Part shown: one piece after another, positions 22,816-31,049 of the stretch
How the letters are laid out: every line of letters starts with the position of its first letter
How positions within the stretch are numbered: position 1 is the stretch's first letter
Assembly: GCA_964361295.1 (NCBI GenBank)
Contig: CAYIAD010000001.1
Coordinates: 1 to 43,512 of the forward strand
Direction of reading: 5' to 3'
DNA from: Candidatus Woesearchaeota archaeon
GTDB lineage: Archaea > Nanobdellota > Nanobdellia > Pacearchaeales > GW2011-AR1
DNA length: 43,512 nucleotides
Made by a program: the position numbers and the translations under genes
The notes under the pieces: model-generated
Seen by the model: the letters and a program-made list of their open reading frames with translations, nothing else
Told to the model about the DNA's origin: nothing
The model's database searches: none

Positions 22816-25587
22816 ATGAAAAAGTGGGTGATTTGTGTAATTTCAATGTTAGTTTTAACCGGATTATTTTGTGGAGTGGTAGATGCGAGTTTCAGCGTCG
22901 GTAATTTATCTCATTCTATACAAACTTCTTATGGACCAGGGACAAATATAACTGGTTGGATAAATATCAGTTTTGTGAATCAGTCAGGAGGAAGTTTATT
23001 AAAAGATTCAAGTGGAAATTCAATCATATTGCTTAAATTACTTCGAAACCAAACAGAGTATGATTATTCTTGTTTCCCATCGGGATGTGGTAATTCTTAC
23101 TTAGAGTCAAACTCAGAAACAACAAAAACATTTAATTTAGTAACTGGTGAAGAAAAATTAGTAGGAATAAAAATAAGTGGAGAGGTTACAGGAATAAGTT
23201 TCAAGGGACTCAAGCTAGAAAGCGATGCGGATTTAAATTGTTATAATCAGATTAAATTGGATTTTCTCGACGATGGAACTTATGAGAAAGGAAATAATAA
23301 TTCAAATGAAGATTCTTGCAGTTCTCTAAGAGATTACGGATGCTATGATTCTGGGAAATCTACTAGTGAAAGAAATATTGGCCAGATTCCTTATTGCCAG
23401 AGAATTGAATTAACAGAATCTCCTGGATTTAGACTTGGGGGATGGATAAAAAAATCAGGAACAGACTCAACAATAAAAATGTTCTTAAAAAATATTGATA
23501 GAGAAACTATTGAAGGAACAACATGCACTCTTCCAACAGCATCGGAAAGTGGCAGTGAAATTTATTGCAGTGTGAACTTTTTAATCACAGAAGCAAAAGA
23601 ATATTATGTTTGTATAAATTCTAATGTAGATACAAATTACAAAATTCTGGGGTATGATAATCTAGATAAATGCGGATTTTATGGGGATGGGTTTGAAGAG
23701 GAAAGGGCAGCATATAGCATCTTTGCAGAAGGTAAAAAATTCGGGGCAGTAGGAAATATCAGCATCACAAATTATCTTCCCAATGAAAATACTCTTTCTG
23801 GTTTGATTGAAGATTATTTAATTTCAAATTATAGTGATGAGGATTATAGCTGTTCTGGAGATTGCATTGCTGATTGTTCTTCTGGGTGTATTGTTCCAAT
23901 AAAGATAAAATCTGGAAAAAATCAAAGAGTTATTTTAAAAAACTTGGATGTTGAAATATCAACAGCGACGGGAAAAGTATCTTCTACAAACTTTTATGAT
24001 TTATCTAAAGATTATCCAAAAATAAATTCTGGATTTGGAAAGCTGAAAATAGATAATGGAGGATTTTCTGCCCCAATTAGTTATGGAAATTCTACATTTA
24101 ATTTATATCTAGGAGAAAGCAAAATTTTCTCAGAAAAAATTTCAATTGAAAGAGTGCCTACAATAATCAGCATCAAACCATCTGTAACTGTCTCTGCATT
24201 TCCAACAGATTTTTCAGTAAAAATAAATAGCTCTTCTAATATTACAAAATATTATTGGAAATTTGGAGATGGGCAAGATACATTTACCTCTACAAATAAA
24301 GTTACTCATACTTATAACTCAACTGGAACCTATAATTTAGAAATAGAAGTTACTGATAATAAAGAAAGAAGTTCTATAAAAACTTTTCAGATTTTAGTAG
24401 GAGATCCTAAAGCACTTATTGGAAGTATGCTTAATGAAAAAACTGGAAATCTAACTAAGATAAAATCTCAGCTAAGCAAGTTTAGTTCATTCTATCAAAA
24501 TCAATTAAATTTGGCACTAAAAACTGAAGAATTGAATAATGACTTAAAAGATTTGGAAAGAAGATACAAGGCATCATTTAGCGAGGGAGAGTATAATAAA
24601 ATTTTAGGTGAGTTAATTGAAGTAGAGGTTCCTTCTTATTTAGAGATTTCAACTAAAGGAAATAACCTTTTGTTCTTCCCGTCGGAAAATGCAATAAAGT
24701 TTGATGTTCTTGAAGAGATAGAAAAGGGAAGTTATGACCCCGGCAAAGAGTCTGAATATAAAGATGCGATATTAAGCTGGCAACAAGAAAATTTAGAAGT
24801 TAGCATTTCATTTGAGGAAATATCCGGCACATACGGACTGGAACAGAAAAAAATTGGAACATTTTATGAATTAGATATTAAAAGAATTATAGATACGACT
24901 TATAATCCTTATTTAATTATTAAAGAAATTAATGGGCTTGAATTTGAAGAAAATTATTTAGAATCAGAAAAATCAGGATACAAATATATACCAATTAGTT
25001 CAGATAAAAAAGTAGGATTTTTTACAACAGAAAGTTTAGAATTTAGTGAACTTCCGATGTTTATTTCTCCTGGAACTGATAGATTAACTTTAAGCGAGGT
25101 AAATGTAGGATTAGAAGAAGACAAACCAATTAATTTTGCATTGCTATCTATGGTTTTAGTTTTGGTATTTTTAATTGGAATTGTAACTTATATAATTCTT
25201 CAGGAATGGTATAAAAAGAAATATGAAAATTATTTATTCAGAGACCAGACAAATTTGTACAATTTAATTAACTATATTGATAATACAAAAAGAAAGGGGT
25301 TTAGCGACAGGGACATTGAAAAAAGGTTGCTAGAAACTGGGTGGAATTCAGAACAGGTAAATTATGCTACGAAGAAATATGCTGGTAAAAGAACAGGGAT
25401 GATTGAGATTCCTATTGGTAAAATTCTGAATAAATTTACGGGTAAGAAAGATATTTCTGCTCAACAAAATGCACCTATGCAAACTCCTCCAAGGGCAGTG
25501 GTTCCATTTCCTATAAGGCCGAAAATACCCTCGGTGATAGTAAATCAAAACAATTTAAAAGGCAGGGAAATGTTTTTTAAGAAATGA
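22816..25587 (+). CDS. Large secreted surface protein with PKD domain and C-terminal TM anchor plus cytoplasmic tail
   Basis: It has a signal peptide (MKKWVICVISMLVLTGLFCGVVDA), a PKD-like block YYWKFGDGQDTFTSTNKVTHTYNSTGTYNLEIEVTDN, and the TM segment INFALLSMVLVLVFLIGIVTYIIL. The start was moved to the first ATG. Confidence 0.75.
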   Translation: MKKWVICVISMLVLTGLFCGVVDASFSVGNLSHSIQTSYGPGTNITGWINISFVNQSGGSLLKDSSGNSIILLKLLRNQTEYDYSCFPSGCGNSYLESNSETTKTFNLVTGEEKLVGIKISGEVTGISFKGLKLESDADLNCYNQIKLDFLDDGTYEKGNNNSNEDSCSSLRDYGCYDSGKSTSERNIGQIPYCQRIELTESPGFRLGGWIKKSGTDSTIKMFLKNIDRETIEGTTCTLPTASESGSEIYCSVNFLITEAKEYYVCINSNVDTNYKILGYDNLDKCGFYGDGFEEERAAYSIFAEGKKFGAVGNISITNYLPNENTLSGLIEDYLISNYSDEDYSCSGDCIADCSSGCIVPIKIKSGKNQRVILKNLDVEISTATGKVSSTNFYDLSKDYPKINSGFGKLKIDNGGFSAPISYGNSTFNLYLGESKIFSEKISIERVPTIISIKPSVTVSAFPTDFSVKINSSSNITKYYWKFGDGQDTFTSTNKVTHTYNSTGTYNLEIEVTDNKERSSIKTFQILVGDPKALIGSMLNEKTGNLTKIKSQLSKFSSFYQNQLNLALKTEELNNDLKDLERRYKASFSEGEYNKILGELIEVEVPSYLEISTKGNNLLFFPSENAIKFDVLEEIEKGSYDPGKESEYKDAILSWQQENLEVSISFEEISGTYGLEQKKIGTFYELDIKRIIDTTYNPYLIIKEINGLEFEENYLESEKSGYKYIPISSDKKVGFFTTESLEFSELPMFISPGTDRLTLSEVNVGLEEDKPINFALLSMVLVLVFLIGIVTYIILQEWYKKKYENYLFRDQTNLYNLINYIDNTKRKGFSDRDIEKRLLETGWNSEQVNYATKKYAGKRTGMIEIPIGKILNKFTGKKDISAQQNAPMQTPPRAVVPFPIRPKIPSVIVNQNNLKGREMFFKK

Positions 25588-25606
25588 ATAATCAATAATA
25601 CAAAAA

Positions 25607-25615
25607 TTTAATAAA
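25607..25615 (+). promoter_or_regulatory. TATA-like box TTTAATAAA
   Basis: It ends 20 nt upstream of the ATG at 25636. Confidence 0.4.
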
Positions 25616-25635
25616 CCCTTTTCATAAGTCATAAT

Positions 25636-26277
25636 ATGGTGGTGAAGATATTTAAGGACTTTTTTAGGAGAATTTTCTCTAGTATGTTTAAGGTAAAAGA
25701 GGATATAAAACTTGGATTTTATGGACCTCCAAACGCAGGAAAAACTAGCTTGGCTAATAGAATTTGCAAGGACTGGACTGGAGAAGAAATTGGAAGTGTA
25801 AGCAAGATACCTCACGAGACTAGAAATGTTCAATTTAAAGAAAAAGTTGAAATAGAGTATAAAGGTAAAAAGATGACTCTTAAAATGATTGACACTCCTG
25901 GGATTTCTACAAGAATTGATTATGAAGATTTTTTAAAGTTCAATATGGATAAAAAAGAAGCTAAGAAAAGAGCGAAAGAAGCAACTCAGGGAGTTATTGA
26001 AAGCATTAAGTGGTTAGACGATATGGACATGGTTGTAGTTGTTTTGGACTCGACAGAGAATCCGTATAATCAAGTTAATATAACTATTATTGGAAATTTA
26101 GTCGCGAGAAAAATACCAGTTTTAATTGTAGCAAATAAAATTGATATGAAGAAAGCAGATATCAAAAAAATAGAATCAGCATTTCCAGAATATGAGGTTG
26201 TTGGGATTAGCGCAAAATATGGCAAAAATTTGGAGGAATTTTACGAATCAATTTTCAGATTGAGCAAAGAATTATAA
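25636..26277 (+). CDS. Small GTP-binding protein (archaeal GTPase)
   Basis: The G1 motif is GPPNAGKTSL, G3 is DTPG and G4 is NKID. Confidence 0.8.
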   Translation: MVVKIFKDFFRRIFSSMFKVKEDIKLGFYGPPNAGKTSLANRICKDWTGEEIGSVSKIPHETRNVQFKEKVEIEYKGKKMTLKMIDTPGISTRIDYEDFLKFNMDKKEAKKRAKEATQGVIESIKWLDDMDMVVVVLDSTENPYNQVNITIIGNLVARKIPVLIVANKIDMKKADIKKIESAFPEYEVVGISAKYGKNLEEFYESIFRLSKEL

Positions 26278-26322
26278 ACATTAAAATTAAAAACTATATT
26301 TTACAATATATATAATAAAAAG

Positions 26323-26730
26323 ATGGTGAAAGAAAACAAAAAAACACTGGGAAAAATAAAGGGATTTACAATTCAGTTCTTGCCTTATTCTGAAATTAGA
26401 AATCTAGACAGTGATGAGAGAATAAAAAAAATTCTTAATATAATTTTAGGAAATAGTATAATTCTTTTACAGGGGAAATTAAGCGCAGAAGAAGAATCCC
26501 GGTTAATTGGAGACACAATGGCGATGATTGGGCATGTAAATAATTTCAAAGGGATTGAACTTGCAGTGATTTCCAATAGTGAAGAAAGTTTTTTTGGTAA
26601 AGTCAGATTTGGTCTTGTGAAGGCACTTTCTGGAGGAGATTTAGGAGCGATAACAATTATTGGTCCTGCTTCTATTGTAAAAGAAATAAAAAGAAATCCA
26701 AAGAAGATTGAATTAATGTTAAATAAGTAG
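26323..26730 (+). CDS. Conserved archaeal protein of unknown function (DUF2073-like), GTPase-linked
   Basis: Its position between a GTPase and a Zn-ribbon protein matches a gene triad I recall as conserved in archaea. I see no catalytic motif. Confidence 0.45.
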   Translation: MVKENKKTLGKIKGFTIQFLPYSEIRNLDSDERIKKILNIILGNSIILLQGKLSAEEESRLIGDTMAMIGHVNNFKGIELAVISNSEESFFGKVRFGLVKALSGGDLGAITIIGPASIVKEIKRNPKKIELMLNK

Positions 26731-26731
26731 A

Positions 26732-26745
26732 GAAAAGATTAAATA
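26732..26745 (+). promoter_or_regulatory. BRE/TATA-like box GAAAAGATTAAATA
   Basis: It ends 21 nt before the ATG at 26767, which opens a 13-codon micro-ORF. The Zn-ribbon gene ATG is at 26826. Confidence 0.45.
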
Positions 26746-26825
26746 GTTTATTTCTTTAATTAAATTATGCCAATGGCATCCTTTAATTTTTGTTATTGGC
26801 TAAAATAAAATTCAAAAATCAAAAA

Positions 26826-27248
26826 ATGCCACACCAGTGCGTCAAGTGTTCTAGAATTATTCCTGCTGGAAGTCGGGAGCTTTTAGAAGGATGTGCAGAA
26901 TGCAAAGGGCATTTCTTTTTTTATATTAGAGATGATCAATTAGCTAGAATAAGAGAAAATCCAGTTGAAATTCCAGAAGGAGACAAAGCATCAATTGAAA
27001 AAGACATCAGAGAAATGGCTGGAATTGTAGAAGAAAATGCTCCAGTAATTTTGGATATTGAATCTGTTAGAGTAACTGGAGATGGAAAGTTTGAAATAGA
27101 CATTGTTAATTTGTTTAAAAAAGACAGACCTTTGATTTACAAATTAGAAGAAGGAAAATATATCATTGATTTAGCTACGACATTAAGCAGAAATCTTAAG
27201 GATATAAAAGAAATTGTTGATCCTGATGAAAAGAAAAAAGAAGATTAA
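26826..27248 (+). CDS. Zn-ribbon protein (archaeal DUF2072-like)
   Basis: MPHQCVKCS...GCAECKG gives a CxxC...CxxC ribbon and the C-terminus is acidic. The ORF-track start at 26790 is TTG, so the first ATG is used. Confidence 0.6.
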   Translation: MPHQCVKCSRIIPAGSRELLEGCAECKGHFFFYIRDDQLARIRENPVEIPEGDKASIEKDIREMAGIVEENAPVILDIESVRVTGDGKFEIDIVNLFKKDRPLIYKLEEGKYIIDLATTLSRNLKDIKEIVDPDEKKKED

Positions 27249-27288
27249 TAAACTATATTCTCTATTATACGTTATGAGTCGTAAAAAA

Positions 27289-27810
27289 TTAGAGGGAATT
27301 TTCAACATTATGAATTTTTTTAATAGTTTTAATAATCTTTGAAATCTCTGATTTTTTTCTTAGAATTAAATATTTTTTATTGTATTTTTTTATTATCTCG
27401 CTATGTGCATGTAACGATACAGGATTTTTTGTATAGTGATATTTGCATACTTCTTTCGCTAATTTAATTGCCTCAAAAAGAGTATCCTTTTTGTGCTTTA
27501 CTCTAAATAGATGTCTGCTTAAGATTCTATAAATACAAAGAATTTTGGAGGTATGCATAAGTATAATTATATCGGCTTTTTTGAAAGCATCTTCAGCGTA
27601 ATTCGACCATGTTCCCTCGGTTATCCATTCTGATAAATTACAAATTTTCTGAAGTTTTCTTACCCTCTCTTCCACATCTCGAATCTTGCTGTATTTAATT
27701 TCATACTTTAAGTCATCTAATGCATAACTTTTTATTCCAAATTTCTTAGATAAAATCTTTGCTAAAGTTGATTTCCCCGAACCATAAATCCCACAAATAT
27801 GTATTCTCAT
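27289..27810 (-). CDS. P-loop NMP-kinase-like protein (adenylate kinase / FlaR-type)
   Basis: The Walker A motif is ICGIYGSGKSTLAKIL, and the ~170-aa size fits. It is the last gene of the seven-gene operon. Confidence 0.6.
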   Translation of the reverse strand: MRIHICGIYGSGKSTLAKILSKKFGIKSYALDDLKYEIKYSKIRDVEERVRKLQKICNLSEWITEGTWSNYAEDAFKKADIIILMHTSKILCIYRILSRHLFRVKHKKDTLFEAIKLAKEVCKYHYTKNPVSLHAHSEIIKKYNKKYLILRKKSEISKIIKTIKKIHNVENSL

Positions 27811-28391
27811 TTGGTTAGATAATCTCGATTATTTAGATATTCCACTAAACACCCTTGCTCTCTCAATTCTATTTCTGAAACAGCACAATTACTAAATTTT
27901 AATTTTTTTATGGCATCAACAGGATTCATTCCTAATTGCAATCCTAAAAACATCTTTAAAAACCAACCATGTGAGATTAAAATATTACGTTCTCCACCCC
28001 GAGAGATTATAATATCTAATCCTTGAGTGGAGCGATTAACCAAATCAGATAAACTTTCTCCTCCTTCAGGTCGAGTGTTTATTGGATCGGATAAACTTAA
28101 TCTTTCAATATCCGCCTTTCTGTTCCCATTCCAAACACCATTATTTATTTCTCTAAATATAGGGCTATAATATACAGGTATATCTCTATTCCTTGAAATT
28201 TCTTTTGTTAAAACTTTACATCGATAGGCATCACTAGAATAACAATTATTAAAATCTTCAGATTGTAATCTCCTTACTAGTTGTTGAATTTGTTCGTAAC
28301 CTTTTGGAGAAATATCTCCCTCGACTTCATGCTGGACTATTCCTTGTATATTTGCTAGAGTAACTGGATGTCTAATCATAATTAATTTCAT
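27807..28391 (-). CDS. Histidine phosphatase (PGAM superfamily), RHP variant
   Basis: Motifs are IMIRHPVTLAN, YSSDAYRCKVLTKEI, PEGGESLSDL and LISHGWF. Confidence 0.75.
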   Translation of the reverse strand: MKLIMIRHPVTLANIQGIVQHEVEGDISPKGYEQIQQLVRRLQSEDFNNCYSSDAYRCKVLTKEISRNRDIPVYYSPIFREINNGVWNGNRKADIERLSLSDPINTRPEGGESLSDLVNRSTQGLDIIISRGGERNILISHGWFLKMFLGLQLGMNPVDAIKKLKFSNCAVSEIELREQGCLVEYLNNRDYLTK

Positions 28392-28392
28392 T

Positions 28393-28983
28393 CTATACCT
28401 CTTGATTGAATATATTTAAATTGAATTCCCCCTTGTTTAATTCTCCCATTGAAAACGTACAATTTTTTATTCTTATTTCAGATATGGTCTTTTTTAAGTC
28501 ATAGCCGATAAGGTACCCAATCAAAATGCGAAGAGGAAGATTATGACTTATTATTAAAATGATCGAATCTTCTGGTAAAGAGTTTATTTTAATCATTAAT
28601 GCTAATAATCTTTCTTTTACATCCCTCAAACTATCCCCTCCCGGAGCCTTTCTAGTTTCAAAAGGCTGTTTATTTATTTCTGTCCAGTCAACTTCAGAAT
28701 TCTTCAATCCTTCAAACAAACCATTGGATTTGTCTCTTAATAAGGGTGTAATTAATAAATTATAATTATTTTTATTCTTCAAAAGTTCTTGAGCAGTCTT
28801 TATACATCTTGGCGAATCACTGGAGAAACAAAAGTTTACCATATATTTATTTAGATATTCTTTCATTGAATTTAATTGATTTCTCCCATTTTCTGTAAAA
28901 TTGGCAGTGTGATGTAGTTGTTGCATTGCTAATAAATTTTCTTCTGTTTCTGGATGCCTGATAAAAATTAATCTTTTCACCAT
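28393..28983 (-). CDS. Histidine phosphatase (PGAM superfamily), RHP variant
   Basis: Motifs are IFIRHPETEEN, FSSDSPRCIKTAQEL, APGGDSLRDV and IISHNLP. Confidence 0.7.
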   Translation of the reverse strand: MVKRLIFIRHPETEENLLAMQQLHHTANFTENGRNQLNSMKEYLNKYMVNFCFSSDSPRCIKTAQELLKNKNNYNLLITPLLRDKSNGLFEGLKNSEVDWTEINKQPFETRKAPGGDSLRDVKERLLALMIKINSLPEDSIILIISHNLPLRILIGYLIGYDLKKTISEIRIKNCTFSMGELNKGEFNLNIFNQEV

Positions 28984-29561
28984 TCCGACCTCCGAATTTC
29001 TCTTATTGTTGGATCTGTTTTGCCGGAATTATCTATAAGTTTGCATTCTTCATAATTTTTTGCAATCTCTAAGTAGCCAGTTCTTTGCCTATTTAGGAAT
29101 TCTGAAGAATATCCTACAAATCCATCTCTTGCTCTTTCAGATATCCTTTTAATAAGAACATCTAAAGGTGCCATAAGAATAAATGTTTGATTCGGGATAG
29201 GAATTCCTAACCTTAAATTTTTTTCAATTATTCTAGAAATTGAAAAATCTTTTTGAAATTGTAAAACTGCACTTGTATAGTATCCTCGATCTAATAATAC
29301 AAAACCAGGTTCATCTCTCAAATCTAAATATTTTGAATATACCTGTAACCTTGCTTGTGCAACCATATTAATTATCTCCTCTGGCTCAGAGATAACACCC
29401 TTTCTTATATTTTTTCTTACTTCTATCATTTCAGGATATTCGGAGTCCTTAAAAGTTCTGCAGGAAATTCCTTCTACATTAAAGCATTCTTTTAAATTAT
29501 TTAAAATGGTACTCTTTCCTACTCCGTTTGGCCCTTCAAAACAGATTAGTTTTGTTTTCAT
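28977..29561 (-). CDS. Thymidylate kinase-like (dTMP kinase family) P-loop kinase
   Basis: LICFEGPNGVGKSTILNNL, ..ARLQVY.. and VLLDRGYYTSAVLQ match the Tmk pattern (fEG.dG.GKsT ... DRy..S..aYQ). Confidence 0.65.
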   Translation of the reverse strand: MKTKLICFEGPNGVGKSTILNNLKECFNVEGISCRTFKDSEYPEMIEVRKNIRKGVISEPEEIINMVAQARLQVYSKYLDLRDEPGFVLLDRGYYTSAVLQFQKDFSISRIIEKNLRLGIPIPNQTFILMAPLDVLIKRISERARDGFVGYSSEFLNRQRTGYLEIAKNYEECKLIDNSGKTDPTIREIRRSEW

Positions 29562-30439
29562 ATTTCTCCTCTAAGAATTTTTTCTAATTCGGGTATTGTT
29601 TCTTTTAATGCTTCTGGTCTTTGTATCGCTTGTGATCCTATTTTTCTTGTCCAAATCATTAAGCAATATAGCCTTTCTCTTACCTTATCATAAGGCTTAT
29701 TGTAACCCAACCGGAAGCTCCTAACTCCCCTTTCTCGAGCTATATTAAAAGTATGGCAATAATGTCCACTATCCCAATTAGGATCTCCAGAAGAAACGAT
29801 ATCTAAATCTAAGACTGCTGATATTTGTCCATTTTTAAAAAGTAAATTACCTAAATGAAAATCTGCATGGAGAAAATATGGCAAGGAAAAATGAGTTAAG
29901 CTAATTCTACCTTCTTGATACGCTTTTTCCAAATCTCTCCCAAATCGAGAGTATAAACCAGGCGATTTTTTAACACGATTAATAGACTCTTCAAAGAATT
30001 TGTCAGTAAAATCAACCCATGAATCATCTTCACCCATTAGATTGGGTTGCAATCTTCCATACCCTGAACAGGGCAGATTATGTATTGCAGATAATACCTC
30101 TCCTGCAGATTTATGAACACTTTCTTTTTCTGATAGAGTAGATTTTGATAGATCTACATGCTCTCCTTCCACTTTCTTAACTAATAAATATTCGGGGACT
30201 CCCTTATTCTCGGAGGAGTAATTTAATATTTCTGAAACCGGAATCTCGTGGGAATGCAAAAACTCTGTTGCCTTCACTCTTACAACATAATCTTTTACTC
30301 TCTCATGTTTAGGGATTGTTAGTATCCTATCTCCCTGTTCAAATACCCAGTTGTTTCTTCCCCTGTCTATTAAAGTGAAACCTTTCGGAAGTAATTTTAA
30401 TGCTACTTTATATGCTTGTTCATACGAATATCTATCCAT
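29558..30439 (-). CDS. APH/choline-kinase-type phosphotransferase (protein-kinase-like fold)
   Basis: The Brenner motif is FLHADFHLGNLLF, followed by AVLDLDIVSSGDPNWD. Confidence 0.75.
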   Translation of the reverse strand: MDRYSYEQAYKVALKLLPKGFTLIDRGRNNWVFEQGDRILTIPKHERVKDYVVRVKATEFLHSHEIPVSEILNYSSENKGVPEYLLVKKVEGEHVDLSKSTLSEKESVHKSAGEVLSAIHNLPCSGYGRLQPNLMGEDDSWVDFTDKFFEESINRVKKSPGLYSRFGRDLEKAYQEGRISLTHFSLPYFLHADFHLGNLLFKNGQISAVLDLDIVSSGDPNWDSGHYCHTFNIARERGVRSFRLGYNKPYDKVRERLYCLMIWTRKIGSQAIQRPEALKETIPELEKILRGEI

Positions 30440-31049
30440 ATTTATTGCTCTCCTTTTTAATTAGAGGGGATTCTTCGATAATCCATTTACCCGATTCAGA
30501 ACGGGAAATAGTCATATAAGAAGAATTTGGAAATTCGTAATTTAATAGGTATTCTTGAATATCTTCGTTAAATATTAAACAAAATAATATTCTTAAAAAA
30601 GTTCCATGTGACACTACCAAAACCATTTCTTCTTGCTTAAATTCATTTAAAATTTTAAAAAAGGCGGAAGCACGTATAATAACATCTTTTACACTTTCTC
30701 CTCTAGGAATTTTTTTATCTAAAAAACTTCCTTTGACTAATGACCAATCTACTTCGCTAACTAATTTATCTGAAAAATCCCCACTACTTTTCTCTCTTAT
30801 TAAAGGCGTTTTTTTAAACTCTTTATTTATCCTTTTAGAGATTATCTCTGCAGATTCTATCGCTCTCTTTTCATCGCTTGAAATTATTTCATCAAAGTTA
30901 AATTTGTCTAGTTTTTCCTGCAATCTTAATATCTGCATTTTACCCTCATCAGTTAATGAATCTTTTGGACTTTGTAATCTCTTTTCCAGATTATAAATCG
31001 TCTCGCCATGTCTTAATAAAATTATTTTAAGATTTTTACCGGAGTTCAT
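30432..31049 (-). CDS. Histidine phosphatase (PGAM superfamily)
   Basis: Motifs are IILLRHGETIYN, ISSDEKRAIESAEII, PRGESVKDV and VVSHGTF. The ORF-track start at 31091 is TTG, so the first ATG (MNSGKNLKII..) is used. Confidence 0.75.
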   Translation of the reverse strand: MNSGKNLKIILLRHGETIYNLEKRLQSPKDSLTDEGKMQILRLQEKLDKFNFDEIISSDEKRAIESAEIISKRINKEFKKTPLIREKSSGDFSDKLVSEVDWSLVKGSFLDKKIPRGESVKDVIIRASAFFKILNEFKQEEMVLVVSHGTFLRILFCLIFNEDIQEYLLNYEFPNSSYMTISRSESGKWIIEESPLIKKESNKYG

